Under the pieces are notes generated by a model, which was not told the DNA's origin, searched no databases, and saw nothing but the letters and a program-made list of their open reading frames with translations. A DNA stretch of 63,830 nt, from IMG/VR virus record IMGVR_UViG_3300026382_000008; one strand, given 5' to 3'. Below, in pieces: positions 1-9,875 of this stretch. Source of the stretch: an uncultured virus (IMG/VR IMGVR_UViG_3300026382_000008) (lineage: Duplodnaviria > Heunggongvirae > Uroviricota > Caudoviricetes). Position 1 is the stretch's first letter; every line of letters begins with the position of its first letter. Both the position numbers and the translations under genes were made by a program.

Positions 1-1182
1 GCTTAGGTTTGGAAGTTGTTTGTTAAGAATCTGTTTGTAAATCTTTTTAAATTCTGATGATTTGATTTCAAATGTAACTTTACCATCAACATCTATTTTG
101 CAGCTTTTTTGTTTCAACCAAAGATCAATTAGAAACATTCCAATTACACCAACTGTATCATAGAAGCTTGTTCTTCTATGAGATTCTTTAAAAGATTTTC
201 TTCTATAAGTTACTTCTTGCTGTACATCTGCATTTACGTAATTGAGATATCCAAAGATTTGGTTTAGTTTGATTTCAGGCTTGGTTTTCCTTATAATTTC
301 TATGAGACTTGGGAAACCAAGCCTCTTTTTTGCATTATCACATTTGACTACATCAAGGCGTTTATAATGTTCCTCATCAATACCTCTAATAAGTGGATAA
401 AGATGTTTTTCAAAAAGCTTTAGTCTTTCATTTTTATCTTTAGTGATATATTTGTAACCTATTCCGTTTAAGCACATCCAAATAGGTTGTCTATTTCCGT
501 GCTGGTATATCCCCGTCTCTATAAGCTTTTGGAGTATCAGTTTGAGATCTTCAATTGTGACAGTTAGCATATACTTAACTTTTTTGGTTCTTCTGAATCT
601 CATTAGAGGATTATAATGTTTGTTGAAGATTACATCATCGAGCCTTACAAAGAATTCTGTAATAATGTCAATCATATCTTCTTTATCAAGAACCATTTGA
701 GCTAATTCATAGAGATCAATTTTATCATTAGCCTCAAACATACATGTATAATATTTACTCTCCCAAGTTTGACAAATACCTTGTTGATGATTTGAAGCAA
801 AGATAGGATCTGCATTAAACATTTGTACAAGTTTCCTATAAACAGCAGAATATACAATTTCATTAAGTAATGCTAGTTGTGGATTGAGTTGTTTCGATGT
901 GCATAAAATTTTGAGTGCTTTAAAGTAAAGTTTTGATGAACAATCATATGTAGAGAGGGAGTCTTTAATTAAGCTCCAAGTTGTAAATGGTTTTAGATGT
1001 ATGTAAACGTGTGCTTTGTCAGAATTTTTTATGTAGAGGGAAACAAAAGGTTTGAATTTTTCAACAAGGTGTCCAACTTTGTGGAAACCTTGGTCAATGT
1101 CTAGTTGAATTTCTTTAACGAATATATCTGTGTCCTCAATCCTAAATGTGGTGAGCCTTTTATCTGTATATTTTTTCATCAT
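1..1182 (-). CDS. Rep/primase-like protein (AEP-type motifs, PriCT-like motif), runs off the left edge; paralog of 47475..49433
   Basis: Not in the ORF track. ATG at 1182 after SD AGGAGG. Translation MMKKYTDKRLTTFRIEDTDIFVKEIQLDIDQG...KAHVYIHL (DxD and H, AEP-like). Later YQHGNRQPIWMCLNGIGYKYITKDKNE matches YTEGKRQYIWACLTGYAYRYITKDTNE in the paralog. The function is inferred. Confidence 0.55.
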   Translation of the reverse strand, partial: MMKKYTDKRLTTFRIEDTDIFVKEIQLDIDQGFHKVGHLVEKFKPFVSLYIKNSDKAHVYIHLKPFTTWSLIKDSLSTYDCSSKLYFKALKILCTSKQLNPQLALLNEIVYSAVYRKLVQMFNADPIFASNHQQGICQTWESKYYTCMFEANDKIDLYELAQMVLDKEDMIDIITEFFVRLDDVIFNKHYNPLMRFRRTKKVKYMLTVTIEDLKLILQKLIETGIYQHGNRQPIWMCLNGIGYKYITKDKNERLKLFEKHLYPLIRGIDEEHYKRLDVVKCDNAKKRLGFPSLIEIIRKTKPEIKLNQIFGYLNYVNADVQQEVTYRRKSFKESHRRTSFYDTVGVIGMFLIDLWLKQKSCKIDVDGKVTFEIKSSEFKKIYKQILNKQLPNLS

Positions 1183-1212
1183 GTTCACCTCCTTGTGTTT
1201 TCTTGGGGTTTT

Positions 1213-1241
1213 TGGGTGCAACTCTTTTTGGGTTGCACCCA
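1213..1241 (-). promoter_or_regulatory. Conserved hairpin, copy 1 (TGGGTGCAAC-CCAAAAAGA-GTTGCACCCA), upstream of the Rep-like gene
   Basis: 10-bp perfect stem; the loop is identical to the copy at 47424-47452. Confidence 0.7.
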
Positions 1242-1294
1242 CTCTTAAAATTAGCAAATTTGAGTGGGTTGTTTTACTACAAAAGTTTTCTATA

Positions 1295-1422
1295 TGGTGG
1301 TTTCGGAGACCTCTGATGAAACAAAAAACAATCACACACAAACACAAGGAGGCTCACCACATTTCATAGTGTGCCATTCTTTGTAGAAGAGGTTTGGAGT
1401 CTGAGGTCTCCTACTCCCACCA
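1295..1422 (-). promoter_or_regulatory. Structured leader or ncRNA containing an anti-SD/anti-start block for the Rep-like gene
   Basis: Inverted repeat GGAGACCTC (1305-1313) / GAGGTCTCC (1403-1411) encloses 1340-1364, which is the reverse complement of 1188-1200 plus 1144-1158. Confidence 0.55.
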
Positions 1423-1435
1423 ATAAGATGTTCAA

Positions 1436-2170
1436 TCATTCTGATGGAATAAGACGTCTTGATTTAAGCAAATACTTGTTTAACTCATCGAAAAACTGAA
1501 AAGCAATTACTCTGTCATAATCCATATCTGCTGTTCTCAATTTATCTTTAGACAATTCTAATCCTTCAACCAAATCTGTTGAATTAGCAAAAATGTAATA
1601 AATTGCTGAGAAGAAATAATCATAAAGATCTGTTACTGCTTCAGCATATCTTTCTGGAAACTTGAAATAACAAATCATAGAACCATCATCACCAGTCATT
1701 CTTTCTAGTATATGTTGAATTTCATATACAAGTGGAGTATATTCATAAGGATCAAAAATGGCTGGATATGTATGAAGCATAGAAATGGATGCTTTAACTT
1801 TCCATATGTTATGAGTTGGGTCATTAAGATCCGTTACTTCTTCGACTTCAGGAAACTGTTTCTGTAAAATTTTTGATGTTTGTTTGAATTGAAAAGGTTT
1901 AGCACGACCTTCATAAAGACATGATGTCAGTTTTACATAATCCTTTAAGTCAATAATTATTTTGTTATCATCATGAAGAAATAGTTTCTGTTGTTTTAAA
2001 AAGTCTTTAAGTAGTTGTGAATAGTTTTTCCCTACAAGTTTTCTCCATGTTGGCTCATATAGAGACTCAATGACAATTGAATTTGTTTCTTTACCAAGAA
2101 TTTTGTCTCTAAAGTAAAACGCACTAGCTTCACAATAAAGTAAGCTTAAAATCTTTCCTAGTTTCTTCAT
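1436..2170 (-). CDS. hypothetical protein
   Basis: 244-aa ORF with SD AGGAGG. Confidence 0.8.
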   Translation of the reverse strand: MKKLGKILSLLYCEASAFYFRDKILGKETNSIVIESLYEPTWRKLVGKNYSQLLKDFLKQQKLFLHDDNKIIIDLKDYVKLTSCLYEGRAKPFQFKQTSKILQKQFPEVEEVTDLNDPTHNIWKVKASISMLHTYPAIFDPYEYTPLVYEIQHILERMTGDDGSMICYFKFPERYAEAVTDLYDYFFSAIYYIFANSTDLVEGLELSKDKLRTADMDYDRVIAFQFFDELNKYLLKSRRLIPSE

Positions 2171-2229
2171 TGTAGCCTCCTTTGACTTTTCGTTTATAGG
2201 TTTATATAAGATATTGACTTATTGGCTAT

Positions 2230-2269
2230 AAAAAAAGTTGTGGTGGTTGACCCAAGTAGGCCAACCACC
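2230..2269 (-). terminator. Intrinsic terminator after the PAAR gene
   Basis: GGTGGTTG/CAACCACC stem followed by a T tract on the minus strand. Confidence 0.65.
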
Positions 2270-2571
2270 TATGTAGCAAAAACTGTTGGGGCTCCTGAAA
2301 CTATTATACCAACTGGGCAACCATTAACAGCATCACCAATTCTTGCTGTTGATATACTATTAGTTAAAACTGTAGCAGATCCTGAAACAATAGTTGCCAC
2401 ATGACCACATGAAGCAATCCCTATATCACCAATTCGTGATACAGGATGATTACATGCTAAAACTGATGGTGATCCATTTACAATAACACCTGTAACGCTT
2501 ATACAACCATCATGACAACAACACACTGCTTTGAAAACACTTCCTATAAATGCAACATTTGGCATATTCAC
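2269..2571 (-). CDS. PAAR-domain spike tip protein (T4 gp5.4-like)
   Basis: PVSRIGD...CGH...IVSGSATV...TARIGD...GIIVSGAPTV repeats with Cys/His metal ligands. Confidence 0.9.
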   Translation of the reverse strand: MNMPNVAFIGSVFKAVCCCHDGCISVTGVIVNGSPSVLACNHPVSRIGDIGIASCGHVATIVSGSATVLTNSISTARIGDAVNGCPVGIIVSGAPTVFAT

Positions 2572-2574
2572 CTC

Positions 2575-3327
2575 TTATCCAAAGATTAAGGCTTTAATAA
2601 GAGCTTCTTTTTGTATACGTTTATTGTCCCACAAGTATCCAGGTTTATCTTGTTCATCATTATTGAATATAGCACGAATGGTTCTTGTTGAATTATCAAC
2701 TTCAATTGTTTTGTTATCTCCTTTATAAATAGTAGGGGTAGTTGAGGAAGATCCACCTGTTTTGATTTCAATCCAAGTATTATCGATATAAATGTAAAGC
2801 TTTTTATCTTCTGGATGATACCATAAAAGACTTTCATAGGGATTTTCAGGTTCATCATTAGACGCAATAACATCTCGTTCCAGTAACCTAACTTCTTCCC
2901 ATGTAGTGCTTTCTTTATTAAATCTTTTAACTTTTGGAGGATTGTAGTTAGTATCAATCCATAAAGCACCATCATTTGGATCTTTTGGTTCATCCTTTTG
3001 TATGTAAGAAATTTTTGTTTCTTGCTGGATTGGGTTCCATTTTGAATCATAATAAATCATTAACTGTTTAGTTTGAGTGTTTAACCAAAGTAAACCATCA
3101 TAAGGTGTTTGAGGCTCTTTTGGAAATGCTACAAGATTTGTATCTAAGACTTGCAAATGTTCCCATGAATCATTTTGTTTATTGTATCTTCTAACTACAG
3201 GTGGATCATAATTTGTATCAATCCATAAAGATCCATCCTGGGGATCTTCTGGAACAGTTTTTTGTACATATGTTATATGTAACTTAGGAAGAATTTCTTG
3301 AAAAAGAACAGATTGAACACTTTGCAT
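2575..3327 (-). CDS. Tail fibre/virion protein with four PxxPxxxxLW repeats
   Basis: PEDPQDGSLWIDT, PQTPYDGLLWLNT, PKDPNDGALWIDT, PENPYESLLWYHP; preceded by the putative late motif. Confidence 0.65.
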   Translation of the reverse strand: MQSVQSVLFQEILPKLHITYVQKTVPEDPQDGSLWIDTNYDPPVVRRYNKQNDSWEHLQVLDTNLVAFPKEPQTPYDGLLWLNTQTKQLMIYYDSKWNPIQQETKISYIQKDEPKDPNDGALWIDTNYNPPKVKRFNKESTTWEEVRLLERDVIASNDEPENPYESLLWYHPEDKKLYIYIDNTWIEIKTGGSSSTTPTIYKGDNKTIEVDNSTRTIRAIFNNDEQDKPGYLWDNKRIQKEALIKALIFG

Positions 3328-3374
3328 TATGGTTACCTCAATTTAATCTTGATCTAAAAACTGTTCAAATAAAT

Positions 3375-4301
3375 CTAGAAAAGAAATTCGATTGATTGAG
3401 TTATTTGTTTTTCAGTTGTAAATGGATACTTTGAGCATTCTTTCTGATAAGGACAGAATCCACATTCTTCTTTCTTAACAATCTCTCTTATATGATTAGG
3501 TATTGTTGGTACTGTTTGAGTTTGTAAAGCTTTGATGATTGTTTCATACATCCACATAATATGATCTTTATATGTATTCCAAAGTTTTTGTGGTTCATCA
3601 ACTGTAAAAATCTTGAATGGTAAATCTTTGTTACCATTAGCTAGCTTTATAGGTTTGAAATCACGTTTAAGATACATTAGTTGAACTTTATCACACTTTT
3701 TACCAAGTTTTTCTGTCCATATCCAATAATAACAAGCTAACTGTTTCCAATGAGGGATTTTACCGTAGAAGTTTGGATCATGTATTTCATCTCCTATTGT
3801 CTTAATTTCAAGTATGATTGTTTTATCTTGATTGGTTTTATAAACTAAATCTATAAAGCCTTTAAGTTTTAAATCAGGTAACTCAAATTTAATTTCAGAT
3901 TGTACATCTTTGAAAACTTTTGCAAGATGTTTTTGAACCCAACTATGGACTGCATTTCCTACATGAGTTATCAATTCTGAGAATGGATAGAATAGTTGTA
4001 ATTCATAATTTGCATTTGTCATTCTGAAAAATATTTTTCTTGGACAAGATTGACATAAGTCTGTTGGTGAAAGATATGTTTTATTGTATTGCATTGAATT
4101 TTCTTGATTCTGTTTGTAGACTTTTTCAAGAATCTTTAAGAATAATTCATCAGTTAATTCTGAATCAACATTACCAATCTTTCTTATTTGTTGTTTTGTT
4201 TGTTTTACAGATGATTGTGTCTTTTGTGTTGTTTGATTTTCTTTAACTTTAAGATTTTCTTTTGGATCTTGAGCTTGAATTAAGAGATCTTCTAGATTCA
4301 T
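3375..4301 (-). CDS. Cas4-like PD-(D/E)XK exonuclease
   Basis: CQSCPRK, GNAVH, KGFIDLV, ILEIKT, QLACY and C-terminal CGFCPYQKEC (Fe-S cysteines). Start moved to ATG 4301, which has SD AGGAGG. Confidence 0.85.
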   Translation of the reverse strand: MNLEDLLIQAQDPKENLKVKENQTTQKTQSSVKQTKQQIRKIGNVDSELTDELFLKILEKVYKQNQENSMQYNKTYLSPTDLCQSCPRKIFFRMTNANYELQLFYPFSELITHVGNAVHSWVQKHLAKVFKDVQSEIKFELPDLKLKGFIDLVYKTNQDKTIILEIKTIGDEIHDPNFYGKIPHWKQLACYYWIWTEKLGKKCDKVQLMYLKRDFKPIKLANGNKDLPFKIFTVDEPQKLWNTYKDHIMWMYETIIKALQTQTVPTIPNHIREIVKKEECGFCPYQKECSKYPFTTEKQITQSIEFLF

Positions 4302-4320
4302 TTTGACCTCCTTGATATAT

Positions 4321-4348
4321 AAGGATAGGCTCAACTGAGCCTATCCTT
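4321..4348. terminator. Hairpin terminator
   Basis: AAGGATAGGCTC-AACT-GAGCCTATCCTT, directly after the stop at 4350. Confidence 0.65.
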
Positions 4349-4349
4349 C

Positions 4350-4796
4350 TCAAACATGTTTTTTAAGCAATGTATTCTTTGCTTCATCAAAATATGATTT
4401 ACATATTTTGAAAGCCACATTATCATTGAAAATCATGCTAAATGATTCATATAGAAGAACCAAATCTAAAGTTAAATCAATTGCTTGTTCATAAGTTATA
4501 TAATACTTGTTAGTCATTTGTTTGATAAAAGATTCAAGCTTTTCTGAAAGTTTTTGACTATTTTGTGTAATGAATTCTTTTACAATCATAAAGTAATCAA
4601 CAGTTTTCTCAGGTTGTACAACTACGGATTCAATAAGAGGTTTTGAATCACTAAAGTAACACTCTTTAATAACATTAGCATTAACTACAAGTTTTTTGAA
4701 TGAATCAGGATCGATTGTTTTAAGATACTTTGATAATTCATCAACAAAATCTTTGTAACCTTCAATAACAGCTTTAAGCTGTTGTTTTTTGTTCAT
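4350..4796 (-). CDS. hypothetical protein
   Basis: ORF; likely start MNKKQ at 4796 with SD GAGGAG. Confidence 0.7.
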   Translation of the reverse strand: MNKKQQLKAVIEGYKDFVDELSKYLKTIDPDSFKKLVVNANVIKECYFSDSKPLIESVVVQPEKTVDYFMIVKEFITQNSQKLSEKLESFIKQMTNKYYITYEQAIDLTLDLVLLYESFSMIFNDNVAFKICKSYFDEAKNTLLKKHV

Positions 4797-5589
4797 CTGA
4801 AAACTCCTCTTCAAATAGGAATTTGTATTGTTGAAGAATTGGTTGAGTAAAACGAATTTCAATAGGTTGATAAGGTATAAGTTGTCTTATCTCTTTTACA
4901 AGATTGAGATTGTTTTCCAAAGCTATGCTAACAACTATTCCAGAAACAATTACAACTTTATCTCCATAGAGCACACGATCTAGTGATAAAACTTCAAATG
5001 TTGTATATTGCATCCATTTTGTTATACAGAATGCTAATTTCTGTATCATGTCAAATATTTCAAAATCAGAATTAGGTGGGTGCGAAATAATGTTTTGTAA
5101 TTCTTCCATAAATGTTTCGTATGTTTTCTGGTGAAGTTTCAGAAAGTAATCAATTAGTTCTTTGTGGTTAGTAATAGCATTTTCACTTATAGAGATTAAT
5201 TCTGTTTCATAAAGTTCTTTTGCAGTCTCAGTTAAATGTAAAATGGTTTTTGGAAGTTTTCCATTTATAGATCTATCCATCATATAGAATCTGAACAAAG
5301 CAGTTACTACTTCAAGCCAAGCCTTCCATGTTATGAATTTTGTGTCAAGTATGAGAAAACTTGTTGTTTTGTATGAATAGGGTGATGCGACCATTTCTGT
5401 TATCAAATCGCTATAACTTTCAAGCAATCCATTGAGATATCGATATGTCAGAGCTGTTAATTTGAATAGATTGATATTATCAAGCTTCTTACCAGGTAAA
5501 GTCTTTAAGTTACCTAAAGTTGTATAAAGCTGTTTTTTAAAAGCCTCTTCGAGTGATTCTTTAATAATACTCTTATCAAGACATGTCAT
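4774..5589 (-). CDS. hypothetical protein
   Basis: 271-aa ORF within an operon. Confidence 0.75.
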   Translation of the reverse strand: MTCLDKSIIKESLEEAFKKQLYTTLGNLKTLPGKKLDNINLFKLTALTYRYLNGLLESYSDLITEMVASPYSYKTTSFLILDTKFITWKAWLEVVTALFRFYMMDRSINGKLPKTILHLTETAKELYETELISISENAITNHKELIDYFLKLHQKTYETFMEELQNIISHPPNSDFEIFDMIQKLAFCITKWMQYTTFEVLSLDRVLYGDKVVIVSGIVVSIALENNLNLVKEIRQLIPYQPIEIRFTQPILQQYKFLFEEEFSDEQKTTA

Positions 5590-5591
5590 CT

Positions 5592-5894
5592 TTAAATAAC
5601 CCCACCTTTAAAATCTTTTGTTGTTATAATTCCTTTCAACTGTCCTTCAAAGTTGTAAACTGTTTTTGATACATTCTTTAATTCTTTATTCATCTCTTCC
5701 AATTTATTGTTTAATATCTCTATATCTTTGTTTAGCTGATTTATCTTTTCAGTATAGCTATTTGACCATTTATGGCTTATGTAAAATCCAGCTAAAAATG
5801 AGAGGACAAGTGGTAATTCTTTAAAGTACTCCATGAAATCAAATTCTTGACCTGTCACATGACGTACCTCGAATTGAATTTGAATATGGTTCAT
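5592..5894 (-). CDS. Small single-TM coiled-coil protein (start uncertain)
   Basis: Hydrophobic LPLVLSFLAGFYI followed by a heptad-like region. Confidence 0.55.
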   Translation of the reverse strand: MNHIQIQFEVRHVTGQEFDFMEYFKELPLVLSFLAGFYISHKWSNSYTEKINQLNKDIEILNNKLEEMNKELKNVSKTVYNFEGQLKGIITTKDFKGGVI

Positions 5895-5915
5895 TTCAGT
5901 TCGAATACAAAAGAA

Positions 5916-5941
5916 GGGGATGACTCTTAAGAGTCATCCCC
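5916..5941. repeat. 26-bp perfect palindrome GGGGATGACTCTTAAGAGTCATCCCC, copy 1
   Basis: Exact self-complement; supplies the GDDS-stop end of RecA; identical to 60024-60049. Confidence 0.95.
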
Positions 5942-7018
5942 AATTGTTATCTGAATCTGTTCCGGTCTTGATAAATCCTCTCGTAACTTTTCGAGCACTT
6001 GTTTGCTTAATTCATCAAAAGCTTGTTTAAAAGCATCATCTGTTTTGTAAAGATCGTAAGCTTCTTTCGTTCTAAACTTCTTATCATAACCAGGTATACT
6101 ATTCCAAGCACCAGTTGTCATCAATTTAAAGTGTTTCATGTAAAAGTAGTAAGTCCAAAAGTTACTAAAACCATGATCTACATCAAGTACCATATAGAAA
6201 GGTTTGAGTGGTCTTTCTGCTTTATTTTTCACAAATGTGCATTCAACCACCAATCCTTGAAAACCATAAGATTCTGGTTGTAAAACCTCTTTTGGTTTCA
6301 TAAGCAATAAGTGGAAACATGCAAAATGTAAAGCTGATCCACCTGGCATAGAATAGTTACCCATACCTTTCAGAGTTACCCCACCACCTTGATAAGGATT
6401 AAGTTGCATCTTTTCTCTGAGTTGGTTTATAGCAAACATAATCATGTTATACTTCTTAAACTTTCCTATATATCGTGGAAGATACTCAGAAATAACTTTT
6501 GCACGAATCATACCATCTGTATTCTGAATTTCTTGTCCAGCTAAAGCTCTTTCTGAAGGTGTAAATGCAACAGAGTCCCAAATAAGTATCAAAGGTGTAT
6601 CATATGTGTTATTCTTTTCTTTATAAGCCATGAATTTATCTATAAGTCTAAAAATTGATTCTATGGTAATATCACCACTAACAAAGATTAGTTGGTCTAC
6701 ATTAACACCTAATTGAGCTAATCTTTTAACTGTTACTGCATTTTCTGTATCAAAATAAACAACAATAGCATCTGGATTATTTCTTTGTATATTAGCAGCA
6801 ATTTGAATTGCTAATGTTGATTTACCACTATGAGACATACCTGCAAATGTGTTAAATGTGCCTAAAGCAAATCCACCACCAGCATACAAATCTAATATAT
6901 CCAAACTAGATGGAACTGCCTTTTCAATTGGTGATAAGTTTTCAGAACCAATTACTTCTTCTGTTAGCTTTTTTAGATCTTCAATGATTGAAACTTTGTT
7001 ACTCATCAGTTCCTCCAA
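5927..7018 (-). CDS. uvsX: RecA/UvsX-like recombinase
   Basis: Walker A GMSHSGKST, YFDTENA, Walker B LILIWDSVA, INQLRE, PGGSALHF. Confidence 0.92.
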   Translation of the reverse strand: MEELMSNKVSIIEDLKKLTEEVIGSENLSPIEKAVPSSLDILDLYAGGGFALGTFNTFAGMSHSGKSTLAIQIAANIQRNNPDAIVVYFDTENAVTVKRLAQLGVNVDQLIFVSGDITIESIFRLIDKFMAYKEKNNTYDTPLILIWDSVAFTPSERALAGQEIQNTDGMIRAKVISEYLPRYIGKFKKYNMIMFAINQLREKMQLNPYQGGGVTLKGMGNYSMPGGSALHFACFHLLLMKPKEVLQPESYGFQGLVVECTFVKNKAERPLKPFYMVLDVDHGFSNFWTYYFYMKHFKLMTTGAWNSIPGYDKKFRTKEAYDLYKTDDAFKQAFDELSKQVLEKLREDLSRPEQIQITIGDDS

Positions 7019-7364
7019 CTGTTATATTAGGTGTTGATTCTGTTAATTGTTGTACAATAGCCGATAAAATATCACCACTTATATCTTGATTCATTTCATC
7101 TTTTATTAGTTTTGCTAGCTGGTCATATGATTTAAGAATTGTGTTACTTAACTGAATATCAAGATTATGAGCAGTTACTAAAGCTTTAATCACCTCTCCT
7201 TGAAGATGAGCTGAAATTTGTCTGTAAGACATCTTTCCATCTTTAGGAAGACGATTTTCCAAGTTTTCAATCAATTTTTTAACTTGTTCTTTTTTACTTT
7301 TGAGTGATTTCTGTTCCTCTAGAATACCATCAATTATCTCTTGTAAAGTAACCCTATTTGCCAT
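6999..7364 (-). CDS. hypothetical coiled-coil protein
   Basis: 121-aa ORF with SD AGGAGG. Confidence 0.75.
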   Translation of the reverse strand: MANRVTLQEIIDGILEEQKSLKSKKEQVKKLIENLENRLPKDGKMSYRQISAHLQGEVIKALVTAHNLDIQLSNTILKSYDQLAKLIKDEMNQDISGDILSAIVQQLTESTPNITVGGTDE

Positions 7365-7384
7365 TTGACAGCCTCCTTATAACT

Positions 7385-8803
7385 TTAGAAAAGAGCTTCT
7401 AACTCTTTCTGTTTAACTAAATCATAACGCTCATACCAACGTATTACATCATCAAGTTCGTATTTGAGTTTTGTTTGGTTGATAAACAACAAGTAATAAA
7501 GTTGTTGTAGTTCATCAAGAAATGTATCAAAATCAATGACATACACATCATTCAGGATTGGATCATAATAGAGATATTGTCGAATTTCATGACATATATT
7601 ATGGAAAAACTTTTTCTTCTTCATAACAACTTTTTCTTTGAAATTCATGTTTTCAAGTTTTCCGATTTTGATTCTATTGATTTTAGATTTCTTTGTACTT
7701 TTACCAACAACAATTGATCTTATAAGTTTGGCAAGATAAGGTAATTTCAATCTGTTTTCTACTATTAAGGATATATACAATTCAACATATCTCATATCTT
7801 TTGATTCATTGAAGTATTCATATGAACTTCTGAAGATGAATGACATAAGAGGAACAGTTATATATTTAAAGATAGGACTTACTGTAACACCCTTTTGAGA
7901 AACATCATATGGTTTTATCTTATAGGTTTTATAGAGAATGTGATCTGTATCTATATCAACAACAGGTGGGTAATATGCCTTAAGAAACTTAGTAATTTGC
8001 TCAAATAACCAAAGAACTGCTTGTTGTCTTACTATGTCATACTCTTTAGAAAATCTAACTTTCATTATGTTAACAAATTGAATGTATCTATCGTAGGTAT
8101 CAGTAAATAAGTAATAAAGAGCTTGATTTGTGAATCCTGCTAGATAAGACATAACATTTGGTTGCTTAGCTGTATCGTAAAGAACCATCATACTTTTAAA
8201 GAAGTTTGAAAGTATAACTTGAATATGTTGTTCTGGTGTTATTCCAACAGATTCAATAAGATAGTTCCACATAGCTTCTCTTGCAAATTTGGAGCTGTTT
8301 ACAGCACCAACAACATAAGTACTAAGTTTTTTCATTGTTTCTTTCTTTATGAAATGTCTTACAAGCCTATCAACAACATAGTTGACATTAACATTGATTT
8401 TTGTCGAATGAATAACGAAACTTGCTAATTTCATTGCAAGTGCAAGTTTGAAGAAACTTCTAAATTCTTCAATGGTCATTGCATCATCATAATCTTGAGT
8501 TACATCTGGATATTCAATATTGAATTCTTTCTCTAACTTTTGATAACTGTTTTCAACAAGTTGAATTACAACATCTATAAAATCATCAAGATTTGAAGTA
8601 ATGTTTTTTGCTAAAATACCATAAAGTAAATAATCATAATCTTTAACAAGTTTCTTATCTGCAGTACTAAAAAGTTTTTCAAGGTAAGGAATAACACAAT
8701 CACAGAATTTGTTTCGTATTGTAGCATTTGGTTTCCAATGATATTCATGTTTGTTAAAGAATTCTAATGTCACTCCAGTTCGTTTACATTCTTTTATCTT
8801 CAT
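7385..8803 (-). CDS. Hypothetical protein, possibly the sigma-like promoter-specificity subunit of the phage RNAP
   Basis: YDTAKQPNVMSYLAGFTNQAL resembles sigma region 2.3-2.4 and T4 gp55. The ORF is solid; the function is tentative. Confidence 0.4.
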   Translation of the reverse strand: MKIKECKRTGVTLEFFNKHEYHWKPNATIRNKFCDCVIPYLEKLFSTADKKLVKDYDYLLYGILAKNITSNLDDFIDVVIQLVENSYQKLEKEFNIEYPDVTQDYDDAMTIEEFRSFFKLALAMKLASFVIHSTKINVNVNYVVDRLVRHFIKKETMKKLSTYVVGAVNSSKFAREAMWNYLIESVGITPEQHIQVILSNFFKSMMVLYDTAKQPNVMSYLAGFTNQALYYLFTDTYDRYIQFVNIMKVRFSKEYDIVRQQAVLWLFEQITKFLKAYYPPVVDIDTDHILYKTYKIKPYDVSQKGVTVSPIFKYITVPLMSFIFRSSYEYFNESKDMRYVELYISLIVENRLKLPYLAKLIRSIVVGKSTKKSKINRIKIGKLENMNFKEKVVMKKKKFFHNICHEIRQYLYYDPILNDVYVIDFDTFLDELQQLYYLLFINQTKLKYELDDVIRWYERYDLVKQKELEALF

Positions 8804-8882
8804 GTTTAGCCTCCTTTTTTAAGTTTAAATTCAAAGATGATTTAAAAGACATAAACTTATGGGTAGGGACCTTACTCGATCC

Positions 8883-9863
8883 CTACCCTACTAGAACATC
8901 ATTCATTTCAGAATCAATACTATCTAGTAATTCTAAAGTTATATCTGCTTGACGTGCAATTGATGAAAGTGTGTTAATTGTTGAAATCTCCATACTAGCA
9001 ATTTTGTTTATAACTTGTACAATTGTAAATACTGTGACTAACGGACCAAGAAACGAACCACTTAATAATTTCTTAAATGTTTCTGTTTTTGTGGCATATA
9101 AACCAAGTAGACTGAAAATACTTGTGATTATAAACTGTTTCTTTGGATCGTCACCAGCCAATAGCTTAACAGTTTTAGACAAAGTAAGTGATATGTACTT
9201 GTTTATAGTGCTACTGACTTTAGCAATAAGTATAGCTAATTTTTTGTATGTTTTGTAGATTAATCTAAGAGTTTTATCCACAGCATTCTTTAAGAATTCT
9301 TTTAACTTTTCGAATGTTTCTTGTTTCAAAGACTTTAGACCTTGTTCTGCTTTTTGTTTTAGAAGTTGAACAAGTGTTTTTAGTTCCTTTATATCATGTT
9401 TGAGTTGCTTAAGTTCAAGTTTAGCAGTTTTGATTAGAGTATCAAGTTGTTTAGAATCAAGCCCTACACAAGGAGCAACTAGTTGATATGCTAAAGCTTC
9501 GGCTATTTTAGAATTTGTTAAAACAACCTTGTTTGATAAACCATAAAGTTTTAGATTATCAATGATCTTAAGAGTGTCTGATTTAAGTATTTCAACAATC
9601 TTAATATCTTTTTCGATTTCAAGTAGATCTTTTGATTTGTATGTAACAGGGAGTATTTGAAGTAGTTTATATAATTGGTCTGATAGATTAAGTTTTATCT
9701 CAAAAATTATCTTGTAAAGTTTGAAAAGTTCAAAAAGTTTTGGGTTATGTTGAAACTGCTCATTCACAGAATTGATAAAAGTTTGTAACTGACTAACATC
9801 TTTCTTATGAAAAATTTCTAATTGTTTGATCAATGTAGAATTTACAAACTTGATGGATTTCAA
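8883..9863 (-). CDS. Hypothetical protein with a coiled coil and a hydrophobic C-terminus
   Basis: 326-aa ORF with two hydrophobic stretches near the C-terminus. Confidence 0.7.
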   Translation of the reverse strand: MKSIKFVNSTLIKQLEIFHKKDVSQLQTFINSVNEQFQHNPKLFELFKLYKIIFEIKLNLSDQLYKLLQILPVTYKSKDLLEIEKDIKIVEILKSDTLKIIDNLKLYGLSNKVVLTNSKIAEALAYQLVAPCVGLDSKQLDTLIKTAKLELKQLKHDIKELKTLVQLLKQKAEQGLKSLKQETFEKLKEFLKNAVDKTLRLIYKTYKKLAILIAKVSSTINKYISLTLSKTVKLLAGDDPKKQFIITSIFSLLGLYATKTETFKKLLSGSFLGPLVTVFTIVQVINKIASMEISTINTLSSIARQADITLELLDSIDSEMNDVLVG

Positions 9864-9875
9864 TGTTTCAACCTC

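Noticed and set aside
1130..1369. Plus-strand 79-aa ORF, and similarly 47154..47390
   Set aside because: They overlap structured regulatory regions or the Rep gene start, have no SD, and have implausible composition.
3375..4301. Cas4-like gene as evidence of a CRISPR-Cas system
   Set aside because: No repeat-spacer array or other cas genes were seen; solo Cas4-like nucleases are common in phages.
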